DNA of 64,000 nt, from IMG/VR virus record IMGVR_UViG_3300025736_000018, positions 652-64,651 of that record. One strand, 5' to 3'. The notes beneath the pieces are model-generated. The model ran no database searches, was not told the origin of the DNA, and saw only the letters and a list, made by a program, of their open reading frames with translations. The DNA comes from a virus. This document shows positions 19,631 to 28,877 of this stretch, piece by piece. The first letter of the stretch is position 1, and each line of letters starts with the position of its first letter. A program made the position numbers and the translations under genes.

Positions 19631-20479
19631 ATGTATAGTAAGGTAAACTATGGGCGAATTTTAAATGAAAATCGACCAATTAAAAAAGTAATTAACTTCC
19701 TAGAGAGAAAATTAGCAGACTCAGGAAAAAAGAATTACATAATTGGATATTCTGGAGGAATCGATTCCGCACTTGTTACAGTGTTGGCAGTAATGGCAGT
19801 TGGAAGTGATCATGTTTTTGCATATAAGCTTCCGTATTTCGAGCATGTAGGTAATTTAATACCTGCTGACGATTATCTTGATAGTCTTGGACTAGATGGA
19901 CATTATATTGAAATGAGCATTAAAGAAACGGTTGATTCGTTTTCAGAAAAGGACAACTATCGTAAAGGAAACATTATGGCAAGAATAAGGATGACACAAC
20001 TCTATAATTCAGCAGCAAGATTTAACGCTCTCGTTTTAAATACTTGTAATATGTCAGAAACACTTGTTGGCTATGAAACTAAATATGGTGACGCTGCTGG
20101 AGATATTGCTCCAATAGTTCATCTTACAAAGACTGAAGTTTGGAAATGGGGAGAGAAATTAGGACTACCAGCAGAGATTCTTAATAAAGTACCTACTGCA
20201 GGATTATGGGACGGACAAACTGATGAAGATGAGCTGGGATTTTTATATGCCGAACTTGATACTGTAATTGAACAATATCGTCATAATTTGACTAATATAG
20301 AGTTATATGAATGGATGGATGCAAGATGGGAAGACTCAACTTATTCATTGCCTGTTCATATTAAAACCTGGTTAAAAATTAGAAAGCTAAATAAAAATTC
20401 TCAGCATAAACTACATCCGATGTCACATTTTAATTGGTGGGAAGCTCAAGAAGATTGGGAAAGATATGGAAATTACTAA
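19631..20479 (+). CDS. nadE: NH3-dependent NAD+ synthetase (NadE)
   Basis: PP-loop IIGYSGGIDSAL; ETKYGDAAGDIAPI. Confidence 0.85.
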   Translation: MYSKVNYGRILNENRPIKKVINFLERKLADSGKKNYIIGYSGGIDSALVTVLAVMAVGSDHVFAYKLPYFEHVGNLIPADDYLDSLGLDGHYIEMSIKETVDSFSEKDNYRKGNIMARIRMTQLYNSAARFNALVLNTCNMSETLVGYETKYGDAAGDIAPIVHLTKTEVWKWGEKLGLPAEILNKVPTAGLWDGQTDEDELGFLYAELDTVIEQYRHNLTNIELYEWMDARWEDSTYSLPVHIKTWLKIRKLNKNSQHKLHPMSHFNWWEAQEDWERYGNY

Positions 20480-20508
20480 CGGGAAACTAGTAAGAAGGAA
20501 GAAATAAA

Positions 20509-20697
20509 ATGAAAACACGCGAATTAGAAATTATAGTATATGGACTCTATAATGGCATCCAAAATATATGGATGAGTGGACCAGTTAGCTCTATTACAAT
20601 TGGTGAAACATTAACAATAAGAACCGGCGATAAGAATAATCTAATATTCAGAGCAGATAAAAATAATGCTGATGAATGGTCAGTGAGGTATTTATAA
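20509..20697 (+). CDS. hypothetical protein
   Basis: 62-aa ORF. Confidence 0.4.
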   Translation: MKTRELEIIVYGLYNGIQNIWMSGPVSSITIGETLTIRTGDKNNLIFRADKNNADEWSVRYL

Positions 20698-21677
20698 AAA
20701 TTATGGAAACTAGAAAAGTACCGACAGGACATATTTGTATAATTAATGGAGACTTAGGAAAGCCGCTTGAATTCTTATCAATTGGTGATTATGGAAAAGA
20801 GCAAAATGTTAAAGCTGAGTTTCTTGGATTAACTAAAGAAATTGAAGGTGTTTCAAATGGAAGTGTAATGCCATTAGAAGAGAAATGGGTTATAACAATT
20901 TCAACTCAATATGGCTGTTCAATGGGCTGTACATTTTGTGATGTACCTAAAGTTGGACCAGGTATTAACGCTACTAGTAATGATCTATTTAATCAGATTG
21001 AACAAGCGCTAATGCTACATCCAGAAGTTAAGCATACAAAAAGACTAAATATACATTATGCAAGAATGGGAGAACCAACATTTAATGCGGATGTACTATC
21101 ACATGCAAAGGTATTGAAGAAGATTACAAGACATTACTTAGGCGATAGTATAGTTCATCCAGTAATCTCAACCATGCTACCAAAAAATAATAGACGTTTA
21201 TATCAATTTATTTTAGAGTGGTGTTTCATTAAAAATACAACATATCTTGGAAATGCTGGATTACAATTTTCAATTAATTCAACATCAGATTTTCAAAGAA
21301 AAGAAATGTTTTCAGGAAGTGCATTAACATTAGAGGAGATTTCAACATTAGGCAATATGATGCCATATCCAATTGGTAGAAAATACGCTCTTAATTTTGC
21401 ATTAGCTGATGAGTATGAAATTGATGCTGCTAAACTTAGAACATTATTTAATCCTGATAAGTTTATGGTTAAAATAACCCCAATGCATTTAACAGATTCT
21501 TGTATAAAAAATAACATCAAAACAACCGGCGGATATGAATACTTTACACCATATAAGCAAATAGAAAGGGAATTGATTGAAGCCGGTTTTGATGTCATAG
21601 TTTTTATACCTTCGTTTGATGAAGATGAAAGTAAAATTACCTGTGGAAATGCTATATTAGCAGAAGGGAGAGTGTGA
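20676..21677 (+). CDS. radical SAM enzyme, RlmN/Cfr-like RNA methyltransferase
   Basis: CxxxCxxC motif in STQYGCSMGCTFCDVPKVG; C-terminal ITCGNAILAEG resembles the RlmN second-Cys region. Confidence 0.65.
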   Translation: MVSEVFIKIMETRKVPTGHICIINGDLGKPLEFLSIGDYGKEQNVKAEFLGLTKEIEGVSNGSVMPLEEKWVITISTQYGCSMGCTFCDVPKVGPGINATSNDLFNQIEQALMLHPEVKHTKRLNIHYARMGEPTFNADVLSHAKVLKKITRHYLGDSIVHPVISTMLPKNNRRLYQFILEWCFIKNTTYLGNAGLQFSINSTSDFQRKEMFSGSALTLEEISTLGNMMPYPIGRKYALNFALADEYEIDAAKLRTLFNPDKFMVKITPMHLTDSCIKNNIKTTGGYEYFTPYKQIERELIEAGFDVIVFIPSFDEDESKITCGNAILAEGRV

Positions 21678-21678
21678 A

Positions 21679-21852
21679 ATGTCTAAGATAAGAAATATTG
21701 TAGAATATGGTCCAAGTTGAAAGAAATCAAAATATATTATTGTTGATATAGACACTTCACATAGAGAACATCAATATAAGTTACGTTTAATTGAAGAGCA
21801 GCCAGATATTTGGCTTCCAGAATATTCCTTTAGAGTAATAGAGGAAAACTAA
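21679..21852 (+). CDS. small hypothetical protein (one in-frame TGA)
   Basis: 58 aa; C-terminus FRVIEEN* repeats the end of the 10793 gene. Confidence 0.35.
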
Positions 21853-21854
21853 AA

Positions 21855-22118
21855 ATGAAAATATTAATAATGGTAAAATGTCCAAATTGTGGACATATAT
21901 TTGAATCAGATGAGACATTCGGCTGGATGCCAGATGAAGATGGAGATCCTACAGTTGAACACCAACACTGTCCTAAGTGTGGTATATCAACTGAACCTGC
22001 ATGGAGTTGTGATTGGTGTCCTAATCAAATAAATTGTAAATTAGAAGAAGAGTGTGGAGCTTGTATTAGTACCGACTTTGATTCATTTGAAATTGTAGAG
22101 GAGCGAGAAGATGTTTAA
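21855..22118 (+). CDS. Zn-ribbon protein
   Basis: CPNCG...CPKCG...CDWC...CGAC. Confidence 0.5.
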   Translation: MKILIMVKCPNCGHIFESDETFGWMPDEDGDPTVEHQHCPKCGISTEPAWSCDWCPNQINCKLEEECGACISTDFDSFEIVEEREDV

Positions 22119-22332
22119 AGAAAGAACACTAGAAGAGAAAATGAAAGATTATGCAAGTGCAGCAGCATTATTTCAAGGCGCATATAGTTGGCTAGTTAAG
22201 GTAACTGACGAAGGACTTGATATATTTAATAATAATATAGACAAAGCTATAGAAAATCTCAATGAGCATTATGCAAACTATAGAGAAAAGGAAGCAGCAT
22301 TAAGACTGCATAAGGAAAAAAGAGATGAATAG
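22111..22332 (+). CDS. hypothetical protein
   Basis: 73-aa ORF. Confidence 0.45.
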   Translation: MFKERTLEEKMKDYASAAALFQGAYSWLVKVTDEGLDIFNNNIDKAIENLNEHYANYREKEAALRLHKEKRDE

Positions 22333-22383
22333 TAGAAGAGTAGAGTATGCAGAAATATTATTCTAAGGGAAGGAGAGACTAAG

Positions 22384-22608
22384 ATGGAAAAATTTACTAG
22401 TAGTTTTATGAGAGACTACAATAATGGAGAATACAGCCTTGAAGATTTTACTGTTCAATTCGGTATCATTGGTCAAGAGAGACACCACGTTAGTGATTTA
22501 TATATTGAATCAGCTGAATATCAATGTGAAGAATTAATTCGTGAAGAAATTAAACTGATCAGCATATATCTCGGTTGGTTTATTATAGATCAGCTTGCAA
22601 TTAAATAA
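22384..22608 (+). CDS. hypothetical protein
   Basis: 74-aa ORF with GGAGAG RBS. Confidence 0.45.
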   Translation: MEKFTSSFMRDYNNGEYSLEDFTVQFGIIGQERHHVSDLYIESAEYQCEELIREEIKLISIYLGWFIIDQLAIK

Positions 22609-22623
22609 GGGAAAAAGAAATAA

Positions 22624-23277
22624 ATGAAAATAATTAAACCAAGTTTTGAAATTGAATCGGAGATAGTTGGTTGAGCTCTACTGAAACATATTGAGAAGGC
22701 AGGTCGAACTGCATATAAAAGTGAAGATAAAATAACTGAAGACTCTGCAGCTAAGTTTGTTAAGATGATAATTGAAAGAGGTCACTTATCAGTATTAGAA
22801 CATTATTCTGTTACCGTAAGAGTAATTTGTGATAGAGGAGTAACACACGAAATAGTTAGACATAGATTAGCAAGCTACACACAGGAAAGCACTAGATATT
22901 GTAATTATAGTAAAAATAAATTTGGTAATGAATTAACGTTCATTGAACCTATATTTTGAAAAGAATCAACAGTAGACGATGCTAGCAAATATATGATTTG
23001 AGCAGATATGATGAGACATATTGAAAAAGCATATATCCGATTAGTCGAATTAGGTGCAAGTCCACAAGAAGCGAGAAGTGTACTCCCGAATTCATTGAAG
23101 ACAGAAATAGTTATGACGATGAATTTAAGAGAGTGGTTACATTTTTTTAAACTTAGAACTTCACTAGCAGCGCATCCGCAAATGAGAGAAATAGCGATTC
23201 CAATGTTAGAAGAGTTTAAAAAACAAATTCCAATAATATTTGATAGTCTTAATATAGTAAATCTTTTAGTAAGATAG
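22624..23277 (+). CDS. thyX: flavin-dependent thymidylate synthase ThyX (three in-frame TGA)
   Basis: ThyX signature RHRLASYTQESTRY; the 22765 and 23008 ORFs join in one frame when TGA is sense. Confidence 0.8.
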
Positions 23278-23307
23278 AGAAAATCGGTAATCAAGTACCG
23301 AGTACAG

Positions 23308-23344
23308 GAAGAGAAGGTTTTTACAAGGTTCCTTCTCTTTTTTT
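23308..23344 (+). terminator. rho-independent terminator (conserved GAGAAGG type)
   Basis: GGAAGAGAAGG ... CCTTCTCT then TTTTTTT; near-identical to the hairpin at 32681. Confidence 0.65.
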
Positions 23345-23368
23345 GTTGTTTATAATTCTAAAAAATTA

Positions 23369-23433
23369 GTTACTATTTTTTGTAATTTGTTTATATTATA
23401 ATTATAAATAAATAACTTGGAGGTTTATTAAAA
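23369..23433 (+). promoter_or_regulatory. reiterated promoter/leader cassette (copy)
   Basis: GTTACTATTTTTTGTAATTTGTTTATATTATAAT then AACTTGGAGGTTTATTAAAA-ATG. Confidence 0.55.
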
Positions 23434-23712
23434 ATGTTAATTAGCGAAAGTCAGTTTAAAGAAATTAGAGCTAGAATGGAAGCTAAAAAAGAAGAATGTA
23501 AGAAAGGTGATCAACTTTATTGTGTCTGGGTTGGTATTAAGTATCCTAAAAATCGATGGAGAGAGGCTAAAGCTCTTGGCGCCAAAAAAGATTCATATTG
23601 GGGCTGGATAGTTTATAGTGGTTCAGTTAATTCAAATGGATTTGATCTCATAGATGAGTCAGATAAGATTGCTCAAGAATATGGTTTATTTAGTGTTTGT
23701 AGATATCTATAA
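23434..23712 (+). CDS. hypothetical protein
   Basis: 92-aa ORF. Confidence 0.55.
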   Translation: MLISESQFKEIRARMEAKKEECKKGDQLYCVWVGIKYPKNRWREAKALGAKKDSYWGWIVYSGSVNSNGFDLIDESDKIAQEYGLFSVCRYL

Positions 23713-23725
23713 AAACGGAGGAAAA

Positions 23726-23953
23726 ATGAAAGAAGCAACAATAAGATTATTAGTCGCAAGTGTAATAGCTGCTACACAAATTGCTTTATTTATTACATGT
23801 TTTCTTAATCCCTATTTCCCGGAAACTAATATTACTGACTTTATTAGCAGCGCTATTTTATTATCAATTACCATGGTAATATCAGCGATTTTTTGGATGT
23901 ATTCAGTTTTATCGTTTTATTTTAAAGTGCAAGAAGAATTGGAAGAGGAGTAA
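23726..23953 (+). CDS. membrane protein
   Basis: ATG after AACGGAGG; two TM helices. Confidence 0.45.
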   Translation: MKEATIRLLVASVIAATQIALFITCFLNPYFPETNITDFISSAILLSITMVISAIFWMYSVLSFYFKVQEELEEE

Positions 23954-23956
23954 ATT

Positions 23957-24139
23957 ATGGATATTAATACACCTATAATGGGCGCATGCTCATTCATTCT
24001 TTTATTTTTAATTATTACATTAGTGGTTGTTATTTTCAATACTGGTAACCCGATATTACTTATTCCGCTTCTTATGGCAAGCGTTCAGTTCATCATAACA
24101 CTATCAACGTTTATTGAGTTGCTTGAAAACGAGTTGTAA
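23957..24139 (+). CDS. small membrane protein
   Basis: 60 aa, two TM helices. Confidence 0.4.
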   Translation: MDINTPIMGACSFILLFLIITLVVVIFNTGNPILLIPLLMASVQFIITLSTFIELLENEL

Positions 24140-24235
24140 AAGATGGAAAAGAAAATAGAAGCTTCGAAAGAAGAAATAAATGAAAAGCTTAATGAAGAGA
24201 TTAGTAAAACCTATATTTGAGAAAGAGGAGATTTA

Positions 24236-24496
24236 ATGACAAACCAAGAAATAGCGGTTGAAATTGCTCAATGGGCAAATAATGGTGACGCCAAGAACTT
24301 AGAGGATATCGAATACAGGAAAATAGGGGATTTTATTTCAGTGAGCTATACCAGTATTTCCACAAGGGTAACTATTGAGTATAATTTTTTATCTGATTAT
24401 ATGCTTGTATACTATTCTCTAAATTTAATTGAAACACCTCGTTACGGAATATTTAACGTAAGGAGAGTAGTAGAACTATTTAGGAGTATGAAATGA
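24236..24496 (+). CDS. hypothetical protein
   Basis: 86-aa ORF. Confidence 0.45.
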   Translation: MTNQEIAVEIAQWANNGDAKNLEDIEYRKIGDFISVSYTSISTRVTIEYNFLSDYMLVYYSLNLIETPRYGIFNVRRVVELFRSMK

Positions 24497-25695
24497 ACGG
24501 AGTAATATTTGAAAAAGATAGTGGAGTAAAACCAATCAAGCATTGGCTACCATTTAATGAAATAGAAGAAGGAGCATTACAACAGGCACGAAACTTAGCA
24601 TCTCTACCATTCATATTTAAACACGTAGCATTAATGCCGGACTGTCACCAAGGATATGGAATGCCGATCGGCGGAGTTATAGCGACTAGAAATGTGGTAA
24701 TTCCAAATGCAGTCGGTGTTGATATTGGTTGTGGAATGTGTGCTGTGAAAACACCATGGAAAACACATGAGATACCACGTAATGAAATATTACGTATTAT
24801 GGCTGAGATTCGTAAAAGAATACCACTTGGAAAAAATAGTCATAATAGTCCTCAGATAGATGCAATGGTAAAATTAATGAATGGTCGTACTGGATACGAT
24901 CTCGGGGAAATTAGCTTTCGTCGCTATGAAGCATCTATGACACAATTAGGAACAATGGGTGGTGGAAATCACTTCATTGAAATTCAGAAAGATAAAGAAG
25001 AGAATATTTGGGTAATGGTTCATTCTGGTTCACGTAACTTAGGTAAAAGAATCGCTGATTATTACAATAATATTGCTATTAAGAATAACAAAATCTGGCA
25101 TACGCAAATTCCTACAGAATATCAATTAGCATTCTTACCGTTTGGTACTGAATATGCTCAAAATTATCTTCGTGAAATGAACTTTGCAGTTGAGTATGCT
25201 TTTGCAAATAGAGCATTAATGATGGAAAGAATTAAAGAATCGTTTGATATTATTATGAGTTGGAAAACTATTGATTTATCTAGCATGATTAATATAGCTC
25301 ATAACTATGCTCAAATGGAGAATCACTTTGGCGAAAATGTTTTAGTTCATAGAAAGGGAGCCACTCTTGCGAGAACAGGAACTATAGGAATTATACCAGG
25401 CTCTCCAGGTACTCCATCGTATATAGTTAATGGACTCGGAAATCCAGATAGCTTTATGTCTTGCTCTCATGGAGCCGGCAGATTGATGTCAAGAACCAAA
25501 GCTCAAAATGAATTGAGCCTTAATGAGCAAATTAAAATATTAGATGATCAAGAAATCATTCATGGAATCAGACATGAAAGAGATTTAGATGAAGCACCTG
25601 GTGCTTATAAAGATATTAATAGTGTTATGTATAATCAGGAAGATCTTGTCAAGGTAGTTACTAAGTTGATGCCGCTAGCAGTAATAAAGGGGTAA
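24493..25695 (+). CDS. rtcB: RtcB RNA 3'-phosphate/5'-OH ligase
   Basis: MPDCHQGYG, VGVDIGCGM, GGGNHFIEIQ, HSGSRNLG, HRKGAT, CSHGAGR. Confidence 0.9.
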   Translation: MNGVIFEKDSGVKPIKHWLPFNEIEEGALQQARNLASLPFIFKHVALMPDCHQGYGMPIGGVIATRNVVIPNAVGVDIGCGMCAVKTPWKTHEIPRNEILRIMAEIRKRIPLGKNSHNSPQIDAMVKLMNGRTGYDLGEISFRRYEASMTQLGTMGGGNHFIEIQKDKEENIWVMVHSGSRNLGKRIADYYNNIAIKNNKIWHTQIPTEYQLAFLPFGTEYAQNYLREMNFAVEYAFANRALMMERIKESFDIIMSWKTIDLSSMINIAHNYAQMENHFGENVLVHRKGATLARTGTIGIIPGSPGTPSYIVNGLGNPDSFMSCSHGAGRLMSRTKAQNELSLNEQIKILDDQEIIHGIRHERDLDEAPGAYKDINSVMYNQEDLVKVVTKLMPLAVIKG

Positions 25696-25702
25696 AAATA
25701 AA

Positions 25703-25784
25703 GTTACTATTTCTTAATTTCTAATTATATTATATTTAGATCTTTTATATTTTAAGGAACTAAAATAACTTGGAGGTTATTAAG
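25703..25784 (+). promoter_or_regulatory. reiterated promoter/leader cassette (copy)
   Basis: GTTACTATTTCTTAATTTCTAATTATATTATAT then AACTTGGAGGTTATTAAG-ATG. Confidence 0.5.
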
Positions 25785-26066
25785 ATGAAAAAAATTTATA
25801 GAGTATGTGCAATGGAAGTACTTAGTATGGACATATATTACAGATATGAATCTTATGATAAACCAGCAGCACATGAATATGTATTGAGATGTTATAGAAG
25901 ATGTAAGAATATGAATCGTGATGAGAACGTAATGAATGATAATCTTACTCTAAAAGAAGCAATCAAATGGTTTAACTTTTATAACACTGAGCGCGAATTT
26001 GGTGGAGCAATTATTCAGGTTTATAATGAAGATACTAAAATCTGGGAGGACGAAAATGGGAAGTAA
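25785..26066 (+). CDS. hypothetical protein
   Basis: ATG after the leader. Confidence 0.5.
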   Translation: MKKIYRVCAMEVLSMDIYYRYESYDKPAAHEYVLRCYRRCKNMNRDENVMNDNLTLKEAIKWFNFYNTEREFGGAIIQVYNEDTKIWEDENGK

Positions 26067-26463
26067 AATTTATAAAGAGCCGTTTAGGGAATTGATTAAG
26101 AAATATCGAAGTATTACTTTGAAGCAGATTGAAGATGATATTGACTCTAATCCTATTGATTCCGCTCTTAGTGAAGCTCGTGTATTGTCGTCTATAATGT
26201 TTACTCCGTATAGGCTTACTGGCTTTGGTGGAAGTGGTTGTATATTATGTAGAGCGTTTAATGGCAATTGCATGTTCTGCTATGGAGCGTATCATGAAGG
26301 TTTTGGAGATTATAATGGCTTAGGATGTCTACATTATGGACATGAAGAGACATATTATAAAATATCTCATGCTCGTGATGCTGAAGACTTACTCAACGCT
26401 TTCAATGAAAGAGCTAACCATATAGAAAAGTGGTTAAAAGGATTCAAAGATGGAAGAGATTAA
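26056..26463 (+). CDS. Cys-rich protein, KEPF...ELIKKYRSIT family (paralog 1)
   Basis: conserved N-terminus KEPFRELIKKYRSIT and C-terminus LNAFNERANHIEKWL. Confidence 0.5.
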   Translation: MGSKIYKEPFRELIKKYRSITLKQIEDDIDSNPIDSALSEARVLSSIMFTPYRLTGFGGSGCILCRAFNGNCMFCYGAYHEGFGDYNGLGCLHYGHEETYYKISHARDAEDLLNAFNERANHIEKWLKGFKDGRD

Positions 26464-26833
26464 TAAAGAACCATTTAAAGAATTGATTAAGAAATATCGA
26501 AGTATTACTTCGGAGCAAATTGAAAAAATTAGTAAATGTGAATTTTGCATGGGAGATGTTGCAGCTGAACTAACTGGATGGGGCTGTACGCTAACTTGTA
26601 TTTTATGTTTAACCTTTAAAGAAGAATGTTCAAAATGTTATGGTATTGAATGTGGAGTAAATCGCAAGAAATATGCCTGTGTGGGAGGGGTGCATGAAAA
26701 AACATATGCTAATATTGGAGAAGCTCAGACATTTAACGAACTTTTCAATGCTTTTAATGAAAGAGCTAATCATATAGAAGAATGGTTAGAGGGATTTGAC
26801 GATGAGTTTGAAGATGAGAAAACTAAGGAGTAG
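26450..26833 (+). CDS. Cys-rich protein, same family (paralog 2)
   Basis: KEPFKELIKKYRSIT ... FNAFNERANHIEEWL. Confidence 0.5.
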   Translation: MEEINKEPFKELIKKYRSITSEQIEKISKCEFCMGDVAAELTGWGCTLTCILCLTFKEECSKCYGIECGVNRKKYACVGGVHEKTYANIGEAQTFNELFNAFNERANHIEEWLEGFDDEFEDEKTKE

Positions 26834-26835
26834 AA

Positions 26836-27276
26836 ATGCACAAAAAAATAAAAGAGGCTTTTCAAAGTCTATTATCTAGTTATGAAAATATTTCTATAGA
26901 AGACATCAAAGTATATGAAGATGAATTTAAGCGATATCGCGATTCAGATATAACAAAAAGATCACCTTATTTACCAGATAAATTCGGCAGATATGTAATG
27001 AAAAAAAAATTTGGATTAGGAACTGATGATTTTATATTGTGCTGGACCGCTTGGGAAGTCGCTAGAAATTGCTTTAATACAATTCATTTTGATAAAAGAC
27101 ATGTATGTAAATTTTGTTTCGGAAATTTAGGAGGATGTGTTGATAAGAGCTTAGACGTAACAGCGCATAACATTCACGTTTCTGAAACTCCGGCAGAGTT
27201 GCTTGGTAATATTAAAGAGAGAGTTATAGTAATTAAAAAATGGCTAAAGGAGCACGGATATGAGTCAGCAGAGTAA
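26836..27276 (+). CDS. Cys-rich protein, divergent member of the same family (paralog 3)
   Basis: shared C-terminal pattern IKERVIVIKKWL and Cys spacing. Confidence 0.4.
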   Translation: MHKKIKEAFQSLLSSYENISIEDIKVYEDEFKRYRDSDITKRSPYLPDKFGRYVMKKKFGLGTDDFILCWTAWEVARNCFNTIHFDKRHVCKFCFGNLGGCVDKSLDVTAHNIHVSETPAELLGNIKERVIVIKKWLKEHGYESAE

Positions 27277-27589
27277 TACCGCACCTTGGATAATAGCTCT
27301 AGTACTTATATTTGGCCTAGGATTTATGACAGCAGCCAGCTATCTTACAGAGAATGAGTCTCATAAACCTTTAGAATATACAGTTACAAATCAATATGGA
27401 TTTTTGATTGATGTTAATAATGACATCATGCAGAGAGCATGTGTATTCCATAATATTGGTCCTGATGATATTCGATGGGATATTGAAAACAAAACTTTTT
27501 CATTTTATAGAAAAAATGGCGAACACTGTAAAGTATTTACTAATGCCTTTATGAAAGAATTAAGTAAGGAGAATTATGTTTTGGGATAA
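27260..27589 (+). CDS. hypothetical secreted/membrane-anchored protein
   Basis: hydrophobic N-terminus PWIIALVLIFGLGFMTAASY. Confidence 0.45.
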   Translation: MSQQSNTAPWIIALVLIFGLGFMTAASYLTENESHKPLEYTVTNQYGFLIDVNNDIMQRACVFHNIGPDDIRWDIENKTFSFYRKNGEHCKVFTNAFMKELSKENYVLG

Positions 27590-27956
27590 AAAATTTGATA
27601 GAAAAGAAATTAAGAAAGCTAAAACATTTATTCGTCCAGAAGAAAAACCTAGAAATGTAAAGGCTGGAAATAAGAAAAAAAACTTTAGAGTATATGGTAA
27701 GAATTGGCCATGGCAACATCTCTATGATATGTACATTAATCTAGGTGATTTTGTAACTGCAAGAAAAATGTGTGAACAAAAAGAAAGAATATCTTTTCTA
27801 GATCATGAGTTAGATTATATAAATTCATACAAAACTCTTAAACAAGCTCAAAATGCAATGAGTTCATATAATAAAAAAAGCTATTATAAACTTGAAATTA
27901 GAGAGTTAAATGAAAATATAAAGGAGTGGGTGACAATTGAAAAGTTTAATGACTAA
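27576..27956 (+). CDS. hypothetical protein
   Basis: 126-aa ORF. Confidence 0.45.
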   Translation: MFWDKKFDRKEIKKAKTFIRPEEKPRNVKAGNKKKNFRVYGKNWPWQHLYDMYINLGDFVTARKMCEQKERISFLDHELDYINSYKTLKQAQNAMSSYNKKSYYKLEIRELNENIKEWVTIEKFND

Positions 27957-28206
27957 GATAGTAACTCAACAACAAGAAGTCTTATACTTCTTGCAAAGTA
28001 CACAAACATATAATATTTGTAATATGATTAAAGACTTAGGAAATAATGAGTTTTCAAAAAGACTAAAAGAATTAGATAAAACTAAAATTGGAAAAATTAA
28101 TCATAAAGACGGCACTATAGATTCATATGATATACTCAGAAATGATGTGATTGGGTATGTAATAATCAATAAACTAAGAGTTAGGGTAGAGTGGAAATTA
28201 ATTTAA
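27937..28206 (+). CDS. hypothetical protein
   Basis: 89-aa ORF. Confidence 0.45.
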   Translation: MKSLMTKIVTQQQEVLYFLQSTQTYNICNMIKDLGNNEFSKRLKELDKTKIGKINHKDGTIDSYDILRNDVIGYVIINKLRVRVEWKLI

Positions 28207-28210
28207 AAAA

Positions 28211-28272
28211 GTTACTATTTTTTATAATTTGATTATATTATTAATGAAATTAGTAAACGGAGGTTAATTAGA
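28211..28272 (+). promoter_or_regulatory. reiterated promoter cassette (copy)
   Basis: GTTACTATTTTTTATAATTTGATTATATTATT then ACGGAGGTTAATTAGA-ATG. Confidence 0.55.
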
Positions 28273-28656
28273 ATGGAAATTAATAAAAAGCCTTTTTTAG
28301 AATTGATTAAAAAGTATCGAAGTATTACTATAGCTGAAATTCAAGCTATTAAAGATTCTGGAGTCAGCGGATTTAATATCATTGCAATGCATTTAACAGG
28401 ATTTGGAGGAAGTACATCTTGTATATTATGTAGAGCATTTGATCACCGCTGTAAATATTGTTACGGAATAGAGACTTATTTTAATGAAGTCATTATGAAA
28501 GAGCACAGAGCACAATTCGGTTGTCTACATAATGATCATGAAAAGACATATTATAGAATTAAAAATGCGGGAACTGTAGACGACTTACTCAATGCTTTTC
28601 AAGCACGAGTAGATCACATTGAAAGGTGGTTGGAAAAATTTGAAGAAGAAAAATAA
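28273..28656 (+). CDS. Cys-rich protein, same family (paralog 4)
   Basis: KKPFLELIKKYRSIT ... LNAFQARVDHIERWL. Confidence 0.5.
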   Translation: MEINKKPFLELIKKYRSITIAEIQAIKDSGVSGFNIIAMHLTGFGGSTSCILCRAFDHRCKYCYGIETYFNEVIMKEHRAQFGCLHNDHEKTYYRIKNAGTVDDLLNAFQARVDHIERWLEKFEEEK

Positions 28657-28875
28657 ATGAAAGTTTTAAAATATTATAACATTAATGAAACAGGAACTAA
28701 TACATTTCCAGAAATGGAACATGCAGACTACTTCTATGTTAACTCAGCAGAGGATGTAATTATTATTTTAACTAACTCCGGTTATTCTATATATCAATTA
28801 TTGAATGGCGAATTTACATTTATAGATGAATATGATTATTTTTATGAATCTTATGAATTAGCAAAGGAGTTATAA
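28657..28875 (+). CDS. hypothetical protein
   Basis: 72-aa ORF. Confidence 0.4.
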   Translation: MKVLKYYNINETGTNTFPEMEHADYFYVNSAEDVIIILTNSGYSIYQLLNGEFTFIDEYDYFYESYELAKEL

Positions 28876-28877
28876 GA

